A stretch of 64,000 nucleotides of DNA from a virus: IMG/VR virus record IMGVR_UViG_3300009177_000031, positions 24,310 through 88,309 of that record; one strand, given 5' to 3'. The position numbers and the translations under genes are program-made. This document shows, piece after piece, positions 19,060-29,979 of the stretch (its first letter is position 1; each line of letters begins with the position of its first letter). Below the pieces are notes generated by a model. The model had not been told where the DNA came from and searched no databases. It saw only the letters and a list, made by a program, of their open reading frames with translations.

Positions 19060-21375
19060 GTGGCTGACGAACCTGACGCGACACTCACAATCGAACCGGA
19101 CGAGCCTGCATTCGTCAAAGCCATCGGCGAGATGGCGAAGGCGATGGAGGAGCGTTTCAAGAAGTCTGGCCAGGCGATGAAAAGCGTCTTCGGCGCAGGC
19201 GTGTTCGGTTTGAATCCAGGGCAGAGCTTCAGCCAATCTCCGATGGTCCAACAGACCAAGGAGATGGAGAAGCAACTGAAGTGGGCGAAGGAGCTGAACA
19301 AGGTCGAGCGCGATCGGCGTGAGGTTGCGCGCGCACGTCGTTTCGATGAGAACCGAGCGCGCTACGGTGACAGTGTCGAGCTGGACGAGAACGGCAACGT
19401 CAAGCGTCGACGTCGTGTTGGTGGCGACGAGGAACGTCAAGCTGCGCGCGGTCGCGCCTACGCAACCGGCATCGGCGCAGCTGGCAGCATCGCGTTTGGC
19501 GGTGGCTCGATGCAGTCTGGTTTGCAGGCAGGTCAGATGCTCGCAAACGCGATTGCACCGGAAGCTGCGCCGGTGACGAACGCGATCACCGGTTTGGTGA
19601 TGGACGCGTTGAACGCAGCTGACACACGAACGGAAGCAGCGCTTCGCGCGTACCAGGTCGGTGGATCGAAGGGCGCAAACCAGATCTTGCAGAGCGGCGA
19701 CGCAAACGCGTGGCGTGGTTTCGACTACGAGCGCTACGTGAACATGCAGGTCGCTCTCGGACGTCGCACCGGTCAAACTGGTGCAGGTATGGGCTCAGCG
19801 ATGAACGCTGAGAACGGCTTTGGTCTCGGCGGCAACCTCATCAACCTGTTTGGTGCGTCGACGCGATCCGGTACCAACATCGCCAAAGGTGGCAACGAAG
19901 AGAAGATCGTCGGCACCGCGTTCGGTCTCGCCGTCTCGGAGAACATCGGCAAGGGCCGCTTTGGCGAAGTGCTCGATCAGCTCACCGGAGCGATGGAGCA
20001 GAACACGAAGGGCGTTGCCGACATCGGTGAAATCGCAGACCGCTTCCAGTTCATTTCGCAGCTCGGCGATCAGTACAAGGGCAACAGCGCTGGCTCGCGC
20101 GAGATGAACCAGAGCCTGACGGCGCTGTCGCAAGGCAATCGTCCGTACACGCAATTGGCGATGCTGCGCGCAGCCGGGTTTGGAAAGCCTGGCGTGAGCT
20201 ACGCGCAAGCGTGGCTGCGCACGCAAACCGGTCTCGACGTAGCTGGTGGCGTGTCCAGCGAGGACATGATCAAGAACAACTTCGGTTCGTACATCCCTGC
20301 GTACGCGAAGGGTGACGCGAACCAGAAGGCATCGATCGTGATGCAGCTTAGTTTGCTCACTGGTATGAACGGTGCGCAGGTGAAGGCGATCATGGATCGG
20401 CTCGCGTCAGGGCCGCTCGGTCATGTCGATTCAGCGTCCGGCATGGCTGCGTTCAACCAAATGACAGCGTATGGGCCTGGCTCGGATCTCGACAAGCTCA
20501 CGCGTGTCCGGCAAGAGCGTGCGAAGGCCGAGTCGGCGAAAGCGCGCGCAGGCAACTCGACACGCAATTGGATCGACGCGATCGGTGACGTTGTGCTCGG
20601 ACCGCTCGGCTCCAAGATCCTTCCTGCGGCTGACAATCAGGGTGGGCTCGATAGCCTTCCAAACGGCACTGGCAATGCTGTTGGTGGTGGAGGTGGCGCA
20701 GGTGGAGGTGGTGGCGCATTCGATCCAGCTAGCGTTCAGAACAACACGTCGTTTGTGAACGATTGGATCAGGATGGAGTCTGGTGGAAACATTCAGAGCC
20801 GCGACTCAGGTATCGGTTTGGAGGATTGGCGTGGAGCACGTGGCTACGCGCAGCTCACGCGTGAGGAAGCGCGCGGACTCGGCATCACGTCCGACGAAGA
20901 CTTCCGTCGTTTGTCGACGGACCCTGAATACTCGATGGAGATGAGCAAGAAGCTCATCGCGTCGAAGGCGATCCAAGCTGTCGCGGTCGCGAAAGCGCGC
21001 GGTTTGCAGTGGTCGCAATCCGACATGCTGCACCTGACGAAGTACGAGCACGGTGGTTCAGGCTTCGTCGAAGCTGGTTTGAATCAGTTCGTGTCGAAGG
21101 TCGGACGCAATCCGCAATCGTGGAACGAATACTACCAAGCGATGAACAAGAATCTGCAAGACGATCCGTCGCGTGGTGTCACCGCGTACCAAGCGCAGCG
21201 CGCGCTCGACAACGCGAACAACATCAAGACTGGCGGTGGCCAGGTCACGGTGGTCGTTGTCGACAAGACGCAGCACGGTGTCGACGTGCAGCACGAAACG
21301 CAGTCGTACGCGCAGCAAGCTCGGAAGGCTGCACCTGGCGACGTTCCAATCACGAGTCCTGATCAGCTCCCATGA
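19060..21375 (+). CDS. Tape measure protein with C-terminal lysozyme/SLT-like domain
   Basis: A/G-rich helical 771 aa, Gly linker, WIRMESGGN and GARGYAQL motifs. Confidence 0.82.
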   Translation: MADEPDATLTIEPDEPAFVKAIGEMAKAMEERFKKSGQAMKSVFGAGVFGLNPGQSFSQSPMVQQTKEMEKQLKWAKELNKVERDRREVARARRFDENRARYGDSVELDENGNVKRRRRVGGDEERQAARGRAYATGIGAAGSIAFGGGSMQSGLQAGQMLANAIAPEAAPVTNAITGLVMDALNAADTRTEAALRAYQVGGSKGANQILQSGDANAWRGFDYERYVNMQVALGRRTGQTGAGMGSAMNAENGFGLGGNLINLFGASTRSGTNIAKGGNEEKIVGTAFGLAVSENIGKGRFGEVLDQLTGAMEQNTKGVADIGEIADRFQFISQLGDQYKGNSAGSREMNQSLTALSQGNRPYTQLAMLRAAGFGKPGVSYAQAWLRTQTGLDVAGGVSSEDMIKNNFGSYIPAYAKGDANQKASIVMQLSLLTGMNGAQVKAIMDRLASGPLGHVDSASGMAAFNQMTAYGPGSDLDKLTRVRQERAKAESAKARAGNSTRNWIDAIGDVVLGPLGSKILPAADNQGGLDSLPNGTGNAVGGGGGAGGGGGAFDPASVQNNTSFVNDWIRMESGGNIQSRDSGIGLEDWRGARGYAQLTREEARGLGITSDEDFRRLSTDPEYSMEMSKKLIASKAIQAVAVAKARGLQWSQSDMLHLTKYEHGGSGFVEAGLNQFVSKVGRNPQSWNEYYQAMNKNLQDDPSRGVTAYQAQRALDNANNIKTGGGQVTVVVVDKTQHGVDVQHETQSYAQQARKAAPGDVPITSPDQLP

Positions 21376-23324
21376 CGACACCTCAAGTCCAAATCCCGGA
21401 AGTAATCGAGGGCTACAGCGATGTGCGCGTCGTTTGGTACAACGCGCAAATGAAGCCGTCGTGGTTTCGCGTGAACATCGGTGCTGGTGACGCGGAAGGT
21501 GGACCACCTGTTCTCGATCCAGAGCAGAACACGCAAAACGCGGTGCAGGCGCAGCTCGCGCAGCAAGCTGGCAACGCGAAGCAACAGCTGACGGAGCTGA
21601 ACAAGTTCCCAATTGCAGCGCGCGGCACCGAGTACGAGAACGGCAACGAGCTGATCACGGACGGCGACAGCGACGTGGCGCAGATGTCGTGGAACAAGGA
21701 CATGGAGTCGCCTGCGGGCGTACTCAACCTCGTCCTGTTTCCGAAGCGCGACTACGCGCACCTGATGCAGCCGGAAGACATCCTCATCATCTACGGTCGT
21801 GCCGACAAGTACAAACCGGAGACGATGCTCGCGATGGTGTCGGTCGACTCGGTTCGTTTGTCGCGCGTGGTCGATGGAAGCGGTGCGACGATCGAACGCG
21901 TGAACGTGACGGCGCGCGATTTGGGCAAGGTGTTGATGGAGACGCCGACGGTTTACGACCAAGCGTTTGGTGGGAAGACGATCCAGAAGTTCTTCTCGCA
22001 GTTCGTCAAGGCGTTCACCGAAGGTCAAGCGCAAGGAGGGCCGAGTCTCGTCGTGCAAACGATGCTCGCCATCTTCTTCTCGATTCGCCAAAACTTTGTC
22101 ACGACGTCGGTGGGTGCCGAGGTGCCGACGTCCGACGAGCCTGCCCTGCAATCAGGTCCGCTTCGCTCGTGGCGCTTCCCTGGCACGCGCGACATCTCGC
22201 TGTTCTCGTACATCGATCTGTCGTCGTTCGTGCAAACGCCGATGGTGGGTGCGCTCGTCGTTGAAGGCACGGTGTTGCAGAACGCCGGCAACCTCTGGCA
22301 GCTCTGTGACATGTACGCGAACCGTTTGGTGAACGAGTTCTTCATCGACACGCGTGATCTCGTCGACGGCTACGACGCGCCTCACAAACGCGCTGGCTAC
22401 TTCGCACAGCAATTCCTCAAAGGCCAAGGCGACGACGGCACCGATCAGAAGCAGAAGATCGACTCGCTTCAGCGCACGATTACGCTGGCGCCAGAGCTGT
22501 TGGAGGACTCGAAGAACAAGCCAGAGCTGTTGAGCAAGATCGCGGCTGCGGACTTCAACCACTCGCCGCAATCAGGCAACGGTGCAGGCAGCGTCATCGC
22601 GCTCGTGCACCGCCAGTACCCGTACGACACGTTCTCGTTCTACATGCTTCCGACCACGGTCATCTACGAGACCGAGGTGTTCGACGTCGCATTGGAGCGT
22701 GGCTCGCACGACATCCTCAACTTCTTCCGTGTGCGCTTCCCTGGCTTGGTCGAAGGTGTCTCGCAGGATCTTCAGTTCGGCACCACGATCAATCGTTTGT
22801 CGTGCGAGCAACACGGCATCCGTCGGTTCGAGGGCGAGAGCATCTATCCGTACGTCAACGACAAGACGGACAACAACGGCTTCATCTCGTCGTTTCAGCC
22901 GACGTTCGATTACTACATGTCGTGCGTCACCGCGTGGTATGCGTACAACGAGCGTTTGCTCGAAGGCACGATGACGATGCGGTTCCGACCGGACATCCGC
23001 ATTGGAACGCGTTTGACGTTCGTCTACACGCGTAAAGGCAAGGTGCAGGTCTCTGACTTCTACGTGCAGCGCGTCTCGCACACGTACACGCCGCAACCGA
23101 ACACGTCGCGAACGACGGTGGATCTCGTGCGTGGCGTGGAGCGTCTCGATGTGTCGACGGTTGGCGATTCGCCGGAAACGCACTTGTACTGGACGAACGA
23201 AGGGCGCTCGCTCGATCCAGATCCGTACGAGACGGTGGTGTCGGAGGACATCTTCACGACGTCGAACGTGCAAGCGCCAGACGTTCAGCCGACGCAGCTC
23301 GCGCCGGACCAAGGAGACTCGTGA
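21372..23324 (+). CDS. Baseplate hub-like protein
   Basis: Follows the TMP; ARDLGK, PDIRIG.RL, FYV..VSH, T...LVRG motifs typical of hub proteins. Confidence 0.7.
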   Translation: MTTPQVQIPEVIEGYSDVRVVWYNAQMKPSWFRVNIGAGDAEGGPPVLDPEQNTQNAVQAQLAQQAGNAKQQLTELNKFPIAARGTEYENGNELITDGDSDVAQMSWNKDMESPAGVLNLVLFPKRDYAHLMQPEDILIIYGRADKYKPETMLAMVSVDSVRLSRVVDGSGATIERVNVTARDLGKVLMETPTVYDQAFGGKTIQKFFSQFVKAFTEGQAQGGPSLVVQTMLAIFFSIRQNFVTTSVGAEVPTSDEPALQSGPLRSWRFPGTRDISLFSYIDLSSFVQTPMVGALVVEGTVLQNAGNLWQLCDMYANRLVNEFFIDTRDLVDGYDAPHKRAGYFAQQFLKGQGDDGTDQKQKIDSLQRTITLAPELLEDSKNKPELLSKIAAADFNHSPQSGNGAGSVIALVHRQYPYDTFSFYMLPTTVIYETEVFDVALERGSHDILNFFRVRFPGLVEGVSQDLQFGTTINRLSCEQHGIRRFEGESIYPYVNDKTDNNGFISSFQPTFDYYMSCVTAWYAYNERLLEGTMTMRFRPDIRIGTRLTFVYTRKGKVQVSDFYVQRVSHTYTPQPNTSRTTVDLVRGVERLDVSTVGDSPETHLYWTNEGRSLDPDPYETVVSEDIFTTSNVQAPDVQPTQLAPDQGDS

Positions 23325-24241
23325 TCGCGCGGCGGCGAATCGGTCAAGCAGGTATCCGTGGTGCTCGGGTAGCCGGCAAGTACCCTGCGTTCTCGAAGGG
23401 CGTGCCTGTCGAGTGCGTCGTGATCGCGGTGTATTTCATCGACGACACCGGCAACCTGTCGAAGAAGTACACCGAGTACGACGTCAAGGATCTGCGCACC
23501 GGTCAGATCTATAACAACGTGCGTCGCGTCGATTCGGTTGCAGGCATGGATGACGGTGAAGAGAACGTGCTCCGTCCTGCGCAGAAGCTCATCGGTGCGC
23601 AATCGTCCTCGTTCGATCCGAAGATCGATCAGCTCTCACAATCGGACGGCGACCGCGTTGCGGTGACGTTCAGTTACGGTGCGCAGCACACGCCGGTCAT
23701 CACCGACGTGCTTCCACATCCACAGCTCTCGTACGGTACGACGAAAGCGCAAGGGCAGCGTCGTTTCCAAACGCACAAGGGTACGTCGATTGAGACGAAG
23801 TCGGATGGCACGTACCAGATCAAGCGCAACGACACCACGATCACGCTCAACGCCGATGAGACGATCGACATCGTTCACAAGAGCGGTTCGGTGATGCACT
23901 TCCGCGACAACGGCGACATCGAGGCGACTGCAAACGCGAACATGGTCGTGGACGGTCAAGCGGTCATGCTCGGCACGAGCACAGCGGCAATTCACCCTGC
24001 ACCAGAATTCGATGTCTATCGCGCATCTGAGACCACGCTACACGTAGCACTAACGGCACTGGTCACTGCAATCGGTGCGTTTGGAACAGCGACAGCTGGC
24101 GACCCGACAATGGTGATTCACCCAATCACGGTTGCAGCTGCAACTGCACTCACCGCAGCCACGGTTCCGGCGATTGCTGCGATTCAGGCGTTCGAGGCTG
24201 CGGCTGCTACGTACCTGTCCAAGAAAGTCACCAACGAGTAA
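23321..24241 (+). CDS. Baseplate central spike (gpV/gp5-like)
   Basis: OB-like N-terminus (GDRVAV.F..G...P), short beta repeats (H.GT.I...DG; H.SGS.....NG). Confidence 0.7.
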   Translation: MIARRRIGQAGIRGARVAGKYPAFSKGVPVECVVIAVYFIDDTGNLSKKYTEYDVKDLRTGQIYNNVRRVDSVAGMDDGEENVLRPAQKLIGAQSSSFDPKIDQLSQSDGDRVAVTFSYGAQHTPVITDVLPHPQLSYGTTKAQGQRRFQTHKGTSIETKSDGTYQIKRNDTTITLNADETIDIVHKSGSVMHFRDNGDIEATANANMVVDGQAVMLGTSTAAIHPAPEFDVYRASETTLHVALTALVTAIGAFGTATAGDPTMVIHPITVAAATALTAATVPAIAAIQAFEAAAATYLSKKVTNE

Positions 24242-24245
24242 AACC

Positions 24246-26450
24246 ATGGCTGACATCACCGAAGACCCTAGCGTAAAGATGCCGCCACTCGCCAATTGGG
24301 TGGCTCAAACGTTTGCGTATGGCTTCTTGCTCGATCGCTCGGCAGTGCTGGACTACAGCGGCAACGCTGCGCCCAATCAGAGCGGACGCTCTGGTTTCGA
24401 CAGTCCGCAGCCTGACGATTTGCATTTGCTCAACCTCAATCCGCAACAGCTGTCGATGCAAGAGCCGCTCGCTACGGCTATCGCTCCCACGCAGGGCGGT
24501 GGTAAGTTCATCGAGTCGCGCGGTGGCGTGATGAAGACGCTGACGATCCACGGCACCACCGGCTTCCTTCCGCCTGTCGCTCCGTACGCGACGCACATGC
24601 GTCAGCCGTCATCGCTCATCGACGTGTCGAGCACAGGCACCGAGCTGATCACGTCGCCGAATCCGTCGGTGCAACAGAACCAAACCGGCTTCTTCGAGTT
24701 CTACCGTTTGCGGAAGCTGTTCCGGCAATTCGGTTTGGAACGCAAGCAAGGCAAGGCAGTGCAAATGCACTGGCTGGACTTCAAGGGTGACGAGTTCTGG
24801 ATGGTCGAGCCGCAGTCGTTCGACATGGACCGCACGCGGTTCGGCTACGTCTACAACATCCGTTGCAACCTGATCATGCCTTCGCAGCTGAAGCTGAAGC
24901 ACAAGGACCAAGGTCAGGATGCGAAGATTCGTGGTCTCGATTCGCGCGACTACGGCGCGGCGTTGCTGAAGAACCCGATCAACGGTGCGCTCGATCCGTC
25001 GCAGCTCAGCTTGCTCACGCGCATGACGCAGATGGCGAACGGTGCAGCTGCGTTCGTCAACAACTACGCGCTCGGCGTGGTCGGCTTGAAGCTGCAAGGC
25101 ATCCTCAGCGCAATCGGTGCCGTGCAGCAATTCTTCTCGGACATCGCAGCGGTTCGGCGAGCTGTGCTCGACACCGCGCTGAACCTCTACAAGCAAACGT
25201 ACAGCGCGATCCAAGGGCTGTCGGATGCGTGGGATGACGTCACGCCGGATGCCTTCAAGAAGGACATCAACGAGTGGCAGATCGAAATGCAGGGCGTGAC
25301 CGAAGGGCTGATGAACAACCATTTGCTCACGTTCGGTGCAAACGCGCTCGGTTTCCAGAGGGAGAACCAGAAGTACACCACACCGCTCGCTGTCGGCGGC
25401 ACGAAGACGGCGTTGCTCACCGAGACGTCGAACGCGAGCCAACAGGTGACGCAGGTCAGCGCTGGTCTCGCACTGATCGGCAACATCGAGCAAATGATGT
25501 CGACGACGGCAATGCGTGCCGAGGACATCCTCAGCGGCGAGACGATCTTCGACATTGCGCAGCGATGCCTCGGTGATGCAAACCGCTTCATCGATCTGGT
25601 GCTCATCAACCAGCTGAAGCCACCGTTCATCGTCTCTGACCTTGCAAACAAGCTTCCTGGCACGCTCGCGTGGACGGAGAAGATCCTCGTTCCTGCGAGC
25701 GAGGAGTCCGCGTCGATCAGCTCGGCCGCACCGGTGCAATCCGCTGTGCCTTCGTTTGCAGGCTCTGTTGCAGTGGTTCCTGTTTTTCCGCTCAGCCCTA
25801 CGCTGCAATTCCTCATCACGACGCCGCAGGTGCCGTACCGCGATGAGATGTGGCTCGGTTTCACGGTGACGTGGTTGACCGGGAGCAACGCTGGTCAGAC
25901 GCGCGTCATCACCGACAACACGAACCAGGGTGACGGTACGACGCTGTTCACGTGCAATCGCGCGCTGTCGAATCCTGTCGTGGTCGGTGACACGTTCTCG
26001 GTGTCGCTCATCCTGTTCACGTCGCGCAAACCGGTGACACCGGAGAACGCGGCGTACGGCATGGACATCATGGGTGTGTTCGCGAAGTCGAACGGCATCA
26101 ACACGGATGGCACGATCGACATCTTGCTCGGTCCGACGAAGGACCTAGCCACGATCGAGGGCATCGAGAACTTCGAGCAAGCCATCACGCTCGCTTTGCA
26201 AACGCCGCGTGGCTCGAACAAGTCCAATCCGCTTTACGGCACGTCGAACGTGATCGGCCGGATGTTGGAGCCGAACGTTCTCGCGCTGAATGTCTTCTAC
26301 GTTCGTCAGTCGCTGTTGCAGGATCCGCGAATCGCTGCGGTCGAAAGGCCGCAGATGGTTTACGACAACGACACTGGAGCGCTCTACTTCACTGTCTACG
26401 TCCGTCCTGTCCGAGTGCAGCGCACTTTCTTCCTTCGCATTCCAGTCTGA
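24246..26450 (+). CDS. Multidomain baseplate protein (tube-initiator-like + LysM-like + gp25-like wedge)
   Basis: LNPQ...I.G.TG N-terminus; GETIFDIAQRCLGD..R...L...N LysM-like segment; C-terminal G..N..QAI...L.TP.G....P.YG...L.QDPRI. Confidence 0.7.
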   Translation: MADITEDPSVKMPPLANWVAQTFAYGFLLDRSAVLDYSGNAAPNQSGRSGFDSPQPDDLHLLNLNPQQLSMQEPLATAIAPTQGGGKFIESRGGVMKTLTIHGTTGFLPPVAPYATHMRQPSSLIDVSSTGTELITSPNPSVQQNQTGFFEFYRLRKLFRQFGLERKQGKAVQMHWLDFKGDEFWMVEPQSFDMDRTRFGYVYNIRCNLIMPSQLKLKHKDQGQDAKIRGLDSRDYGAALLKNPINGALDPSQLSLLTRMTQMANGAAAFVNNYALGVVGLKLQGILSAIGAVQQFFSDIAAVRRAVLDTALNLYKQTYSAIQGLSDAWDDVTPDAFKKDINEWQIEMQGVTEGLMNNHLLTFGANALGFQRENQKYTTPLAVGGTKTALLTETSNASQQVTQVSAGLALIGNIEQMMSTTAMRAEDILSGETIFDIAQRCLGDANRFIDLVLINQLKPPFIVSDLANKLPGTLAWTEKILVPASEESASISSAAPVQSAVPSFAGSVAVVPVFPLSPTLQFLITTPQVPYRDEMWLGFTVTWLTGSNAGQTRVITDNTNQGDGTTLFTCNRALSNPVVVGDTFSVSLILFTSRKPVTPENAAYGMDIMGVFAKSNGINTDGTIDILLGPTKDLATIEGIENFEQAITLALQTPRGSNKSNPLYGTSNVIGRMLEPNVLALNVFYVRQSLLQDPRIAAVERPQMVYDNDTGALYFTVYVRPVRVQRTFFLRIPV

Positions 26451-26458
26451 GGTAGCCG

Positions 26459-28561
26459 ATGCCTACGCCGTTCCAGCTGAAGACATTCCCTGAGATCCTC
26501 GCTGCGATGTTCGCGACCGCGCGTTCGCAGCTCGATCCAGACATCGACCTGAACATCGGTTCGATCCTGCGCGCGATCTACGAAGCGTGCTCGCTGCAAG
26601 ATGCTGAGCAGTACGTTCAGATCGGCAAGCTTCTCGATCTGTTCTCGCGCGGCAATGCGATTGGCGACGATTTGGATCGTCGCGGTCTCGACTTTGGCGC
26701 TGACGTCTTCACCGACATGCGGCGACGTCAGGCGAACACGAGCATCTCGGCAATCGTGGTTGGCGATGGAACGATCCAGCGCTCGGCAACGCTCGTTGCT
26801 GACGTACCTGCAACGTCGTCGTCGTTCTCGATCAGCGACCCAACGAATTGGCCTGCGGCTGGCTCGATGATGATGGAGCCTGGAACGCTGCGCCAGGAAG
26901 AGGTGTTCTTCACGCTGTCTGGTGCCGTCGTCACAATCGTGTCGCCTGCAACCGGAACGGTGAACCCTCACCTGCAAGGCGGAACGGTCAAGACGATTGC
27001 GACGCGTTCGGTGCTCGCGGTGCAATTGAACGCTGGTGGTACCTCAGCGTCGATCCAATCAGGCACCGAAGGCGCGTGGCCTTCGAGCGGTTCGGTCATC
27101 TTCGAGCGCGACACGGTTCGACGCGAGCTGCGCACGTTCACACGTGTCGGCACGACGCTGACGCTCGGTGTTGCAGCGACGTTCACGCACGCAGCTAGCT
27201 CGGACGTGACGTTGTCGACGTTCGGGTCAGACCGTCCGGTCGGTAGCGGTAGCGCGTGCCTCGTGCCGGCCACGACGTCCACCGCGTCGATTCTGTTCCG
27301 CACCACCGCAGCGGGTACGCTGATGGACGGCGACTATGCGTCCGATCCGATTGCTGTCGAGTCTGACGGCGTTGGTTCTACGACGCGCGTTGGTGCAAAC
27401 ACGATCACGCAATGGCAGTCGCCTCCGTTCGCAAACGCGACGGTGACGAATCCGAACGCAGCGGTGCGCGGTCGCGATCGTGAAGACGACGCGTCGTACA
27501 ACACGCGCATCTCCAACTTCATTCAGAGCCTGTCGCGTGCGACAGCGCTCGCGATCGAAACGCTGACGGCCGGACAGCAGGATCCGTTCACGAATCTGAT
27601 CATCTCGTTCGCGCAAACGGTGGAGCCTGTCGCGCCAGGCCAATCGTTGCTGTACGTCACCGATGGCAGCACGACGTTCGCGATCGACTACCAGGTGAAG
27701 CCTGGACGAATCATCCTGATCAACGATGCGCGCACGAACGACAAGCGCGCTCACCTACCGGACTACGGTCCGTTCCAGGAAGTGCTCGCACCGACGGCGC
27801 AGGTCACGCCGCGTTTGTACAAGAGCGATCCAGGAGCGTCGAACGTGTCGACGCTCACCGGTGCAAACTTCATCGAAGATTCGACGCAAGGCTGGACGGT
27901 GAACCAGTGGGCAGGTTTCACGGTGAAGGCTACCGATGGGCAGTTCTATCCGGTCACCAGCAACACGGCGATCCGTTTGACCGTGACAGCTGGTGGCGCA
28001 ACGCCAGCGCTCGGTCAGTACGCGGTGTTCGATTTGCGCGTCTCCGCTGCGCCGCTCGTGCCGGAAACGGACTACGTGTTCAACTCGTCCACGGGTGATT
28101 TGGAGCTGGTCGTTCCGCTCGCGCAGCATCAATCGATCATCGCAGCGGATGACAACGCGACCGCGGTTGGTGCGTACGTTTACTCGCGCGGTCTCGCTGC
28201 GTACGCGCAGCGTTTGGTGAACGGCGACCGCACGGACCTGCAAGACTACCCTGGCATCAAAGCGCTCGGTACGTCGTGCCTCGTCACCGCACCGACGGTC
28301 ATCACGCCGACGATCGTCATCCAGATCATCACGGCGTCAGGACTCACCGATGCAGATCTCGCGTCGACGGTGCAGAGCGTGGTGCAATCGTACGTGAACG
28401 GTCTCGGCATCGGTCAGCAAGTGCTCATCTCCGAGATTATGCGTCTCGTGAAGAACCTCAACGGCGTCACCGATTGTCGCGTCATCTCGCCGACGGCAAA
28501 CGTGCAGGTACCTGACGGACAAATCGCGCGCATGAACACGACTGACGTGCAGGTGGTGTGA
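26459..28561 (+). CDS. Baseplate wedge protein (gpJ/gp6-like)
   Basis: D.N.GS..R...EA, A.GDDLD, G.D.EDD...RI, Y.N.L.IG..V..S motifs. Confidence 0.85.
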   Translation: MPTPFQLKTFPEILAAMFATARSQLDPDIDLNIGSILRAIYEACSLQDAEQYVQIGKLLDLFSRGNAIGDDLDRRGLDFGADVFTDMRRRQANTSISAIVVGDGTIQRSATLVADVPATSSSFSISDPTNWPAAGSMMMEPGTLRQEEVFFTLSGAVVTIVSPATGTVNPHLQGGTVKTIATRSVLAVQLNAGGTSASIQSGTEGAWPSSGSVIFERDTVRRELRTFTRVGTTLTLGVAATFTHAASSDVTLSTFGSDRPVGSGSACLVPATTSTASILFRTTAAGTLMDGDYASDPIAVESDGVGSTTRVGANTITQWQSPPFANATVTNPNAAVRGRDREDDASYNTRISNFIQSLSRATALAIETLTAGQQDPFTNLIISFAQTVEPVAPGQSLLYVTDGSTTFAIDYQVKPGRIILINDARTNDKRAHLPDYGPFQEVLAPTAQVTPRLYKSDPGASNVSTLTGANFIEDSTQGWTVNQWAGFTVKATDGQFYPVTSNTAIRLTVTAGGATPALGQYAVFDLRVSAAPLVPETDYVFNSSTGDLELVVPLAQHQSIIAADDNATAVGAYVYSRGLAAYAQRLVNGDRTDLQDYPGIKALGTSCLVTAPTVITPTIVIQIITASGLTDADLASTVQSVVQSYVNGLGIGQQVLISEIMRLVKNLNGVTDCRVISPTANVQVPDGQIARMNTTDVQVV

Positions 28562-29970
28562 TGACAGCTTCAACCGACGTCAAGGATCTGTACAAGGTCT
28601 ACCAGCTGCTTCAAGGTTTGCCGCCTTCGTTCAAGCGAACGAAGGATGGCGTTCTCGCAGCTGCGCTCACAGCATGTGGCGAGCGCGACAACTTCATCGG
28701 CGGTCTGTTCGGCAAACGCAACTTCCTCGGCGAGACGTCGCTGCTTCTGAGTGGGCCTGGCATCATCAACACGACCGCAGGGCTGTCGCAGAACGCTACG
28801 AACGGCAAACCGCCTGGACCGACGGTTCCAACTGGTGCCGATTTGAGCGTGAGCGGTGGCGTCGTTTGGACCGCGGTGATGACGACGACAGCGCTCACCA
28901 CGGTGTCGTTCTCGATTGCAGTGCTCGCAGGTGCGCCAGCGCCAAACGGCATCACGGTGAACGACAACCAGTATTGGGACACGAACCTGAACTCGTGGCA
29001 GACCGCGACCGGCAACGTCGGGGTGCTCATCGGTTTGGGCGGTGGCGGTGTCACGGTTGCGACGCTCGAAGCGGCGATCAACTCGAAGTCGCGTTTGCTG
29101 CGCGTGACGTCGCCTGATGTCACAAACGCTGCGCACACGATTCCAGCGCAAACCGCTCTCGTTGGGCCTGTCAACATGTCGAACGTGCAGGATCGCAGCG
29201 CGATCGATCAGGCGCGCGATTCGATGTTCGTGAACACGGCGAGCGGCAAGTTCCTCACGGACCTTGGCTCGAACTACGGCGTACCTCGTCCTCCGCAATC
29301 GCCGTTCGACGACGAGCTGTTCCGGCGCATCGTCCCTGTGCTCGCGTGGCTTCCGAAGACGCCGTTGCTCGTGACGTACAAGCTCGCTGAGGTGATCTTC
29401 GGTACGCAAGCGGTGGTGCAAACGCAGTACGGACACACGTGGCAGATCTACGAGGTGAACCCAAACGAGATCATCTTCGAGTGTCCGATTGGGCTCATCG
29501 CTGGAAACACAGAAACCGCTAGCTACATGCACGGCTACCCTGGAACCACAGGAGCGGTGACAGGACCGACGAACACGATCACCAACGTTGGATCAGATGC
29601 GCGCCTCGCAGTTTCAGGAAGCAACCTGACAGGCTTCACGATCTACGTGTTCTTTACTGGTGCCTGGCAGACGTACACGATTAGCTCGTCTAGCTACAAC
29701 CTCGGAACGCAGACGAACACGTTTGTGTTGAGCGCATCGACGGTACCGACTGGTGACAGCTATCCGTTCTTCATCGACATCCCAAGCGCGAACAGCTTCA
29801 ACCCTGGCGATTACATGATGAGCGACGCGACGGTGACAGCGGACGGTACGAATCCTCCGCACAACGATTTGGTTTACTTGTTCGGTAAGGCCCGGCTTGA
29901 TATCTTTGAGTTCTACATGAACAACTTTGTGCGAGCTGCGGGCGTCAGCTTGCGCAGCGAGATTCTGTAA
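28561..29970 (+). CDS. Baseplate wedge protein (gpI/gp7-like)
   Basis: TASG.FL..LG..YGV.R....DDE.FR.R; C-terminal RAAGV. Confidence 0.72.
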   Translation: MTASTDVKDLYKVYQLLQGLPPSFKRTKDGVLAAALTACGERDNFIGGLFGKRNFLGETSLLLSGPGIINTTAGLSQNATNGKPPGPTVPTGADLSVSGGVVWTAVMTTTALTTVSFSIAVLAGAPAPNGITVNDNQYWDTNLNSWQTATGNVGVLIGLGGGGVTVATLEAAINSKSRLLRVTSPDVTNAAHTIPAQTALVGPVNMSNVQDRSAIDQARDSMFVNTASGKFLTDLGSNYGVPRPPQSPFDDELFRRIVPVLAWLPKTPLLVTYKLAEVIFGTQAVVQTQYGHTWQIYEVNPNEIIFECPIGLIAGNTETASYMHGYPGTTGAVTGPTNTITNVGSDARLAVSGSNLTGFTIYVFFTGAWQTYTISSSSYNLGTQTNTFVLSASTVPTGDSYPFFIDIPSANSFNPGDYMMSDATVTADGTNPPHNDLVYLFGKARLDIFEFYMNNFVRAAGVSLRSEIL

Positions 29971-29979
29971 GGAGCGATC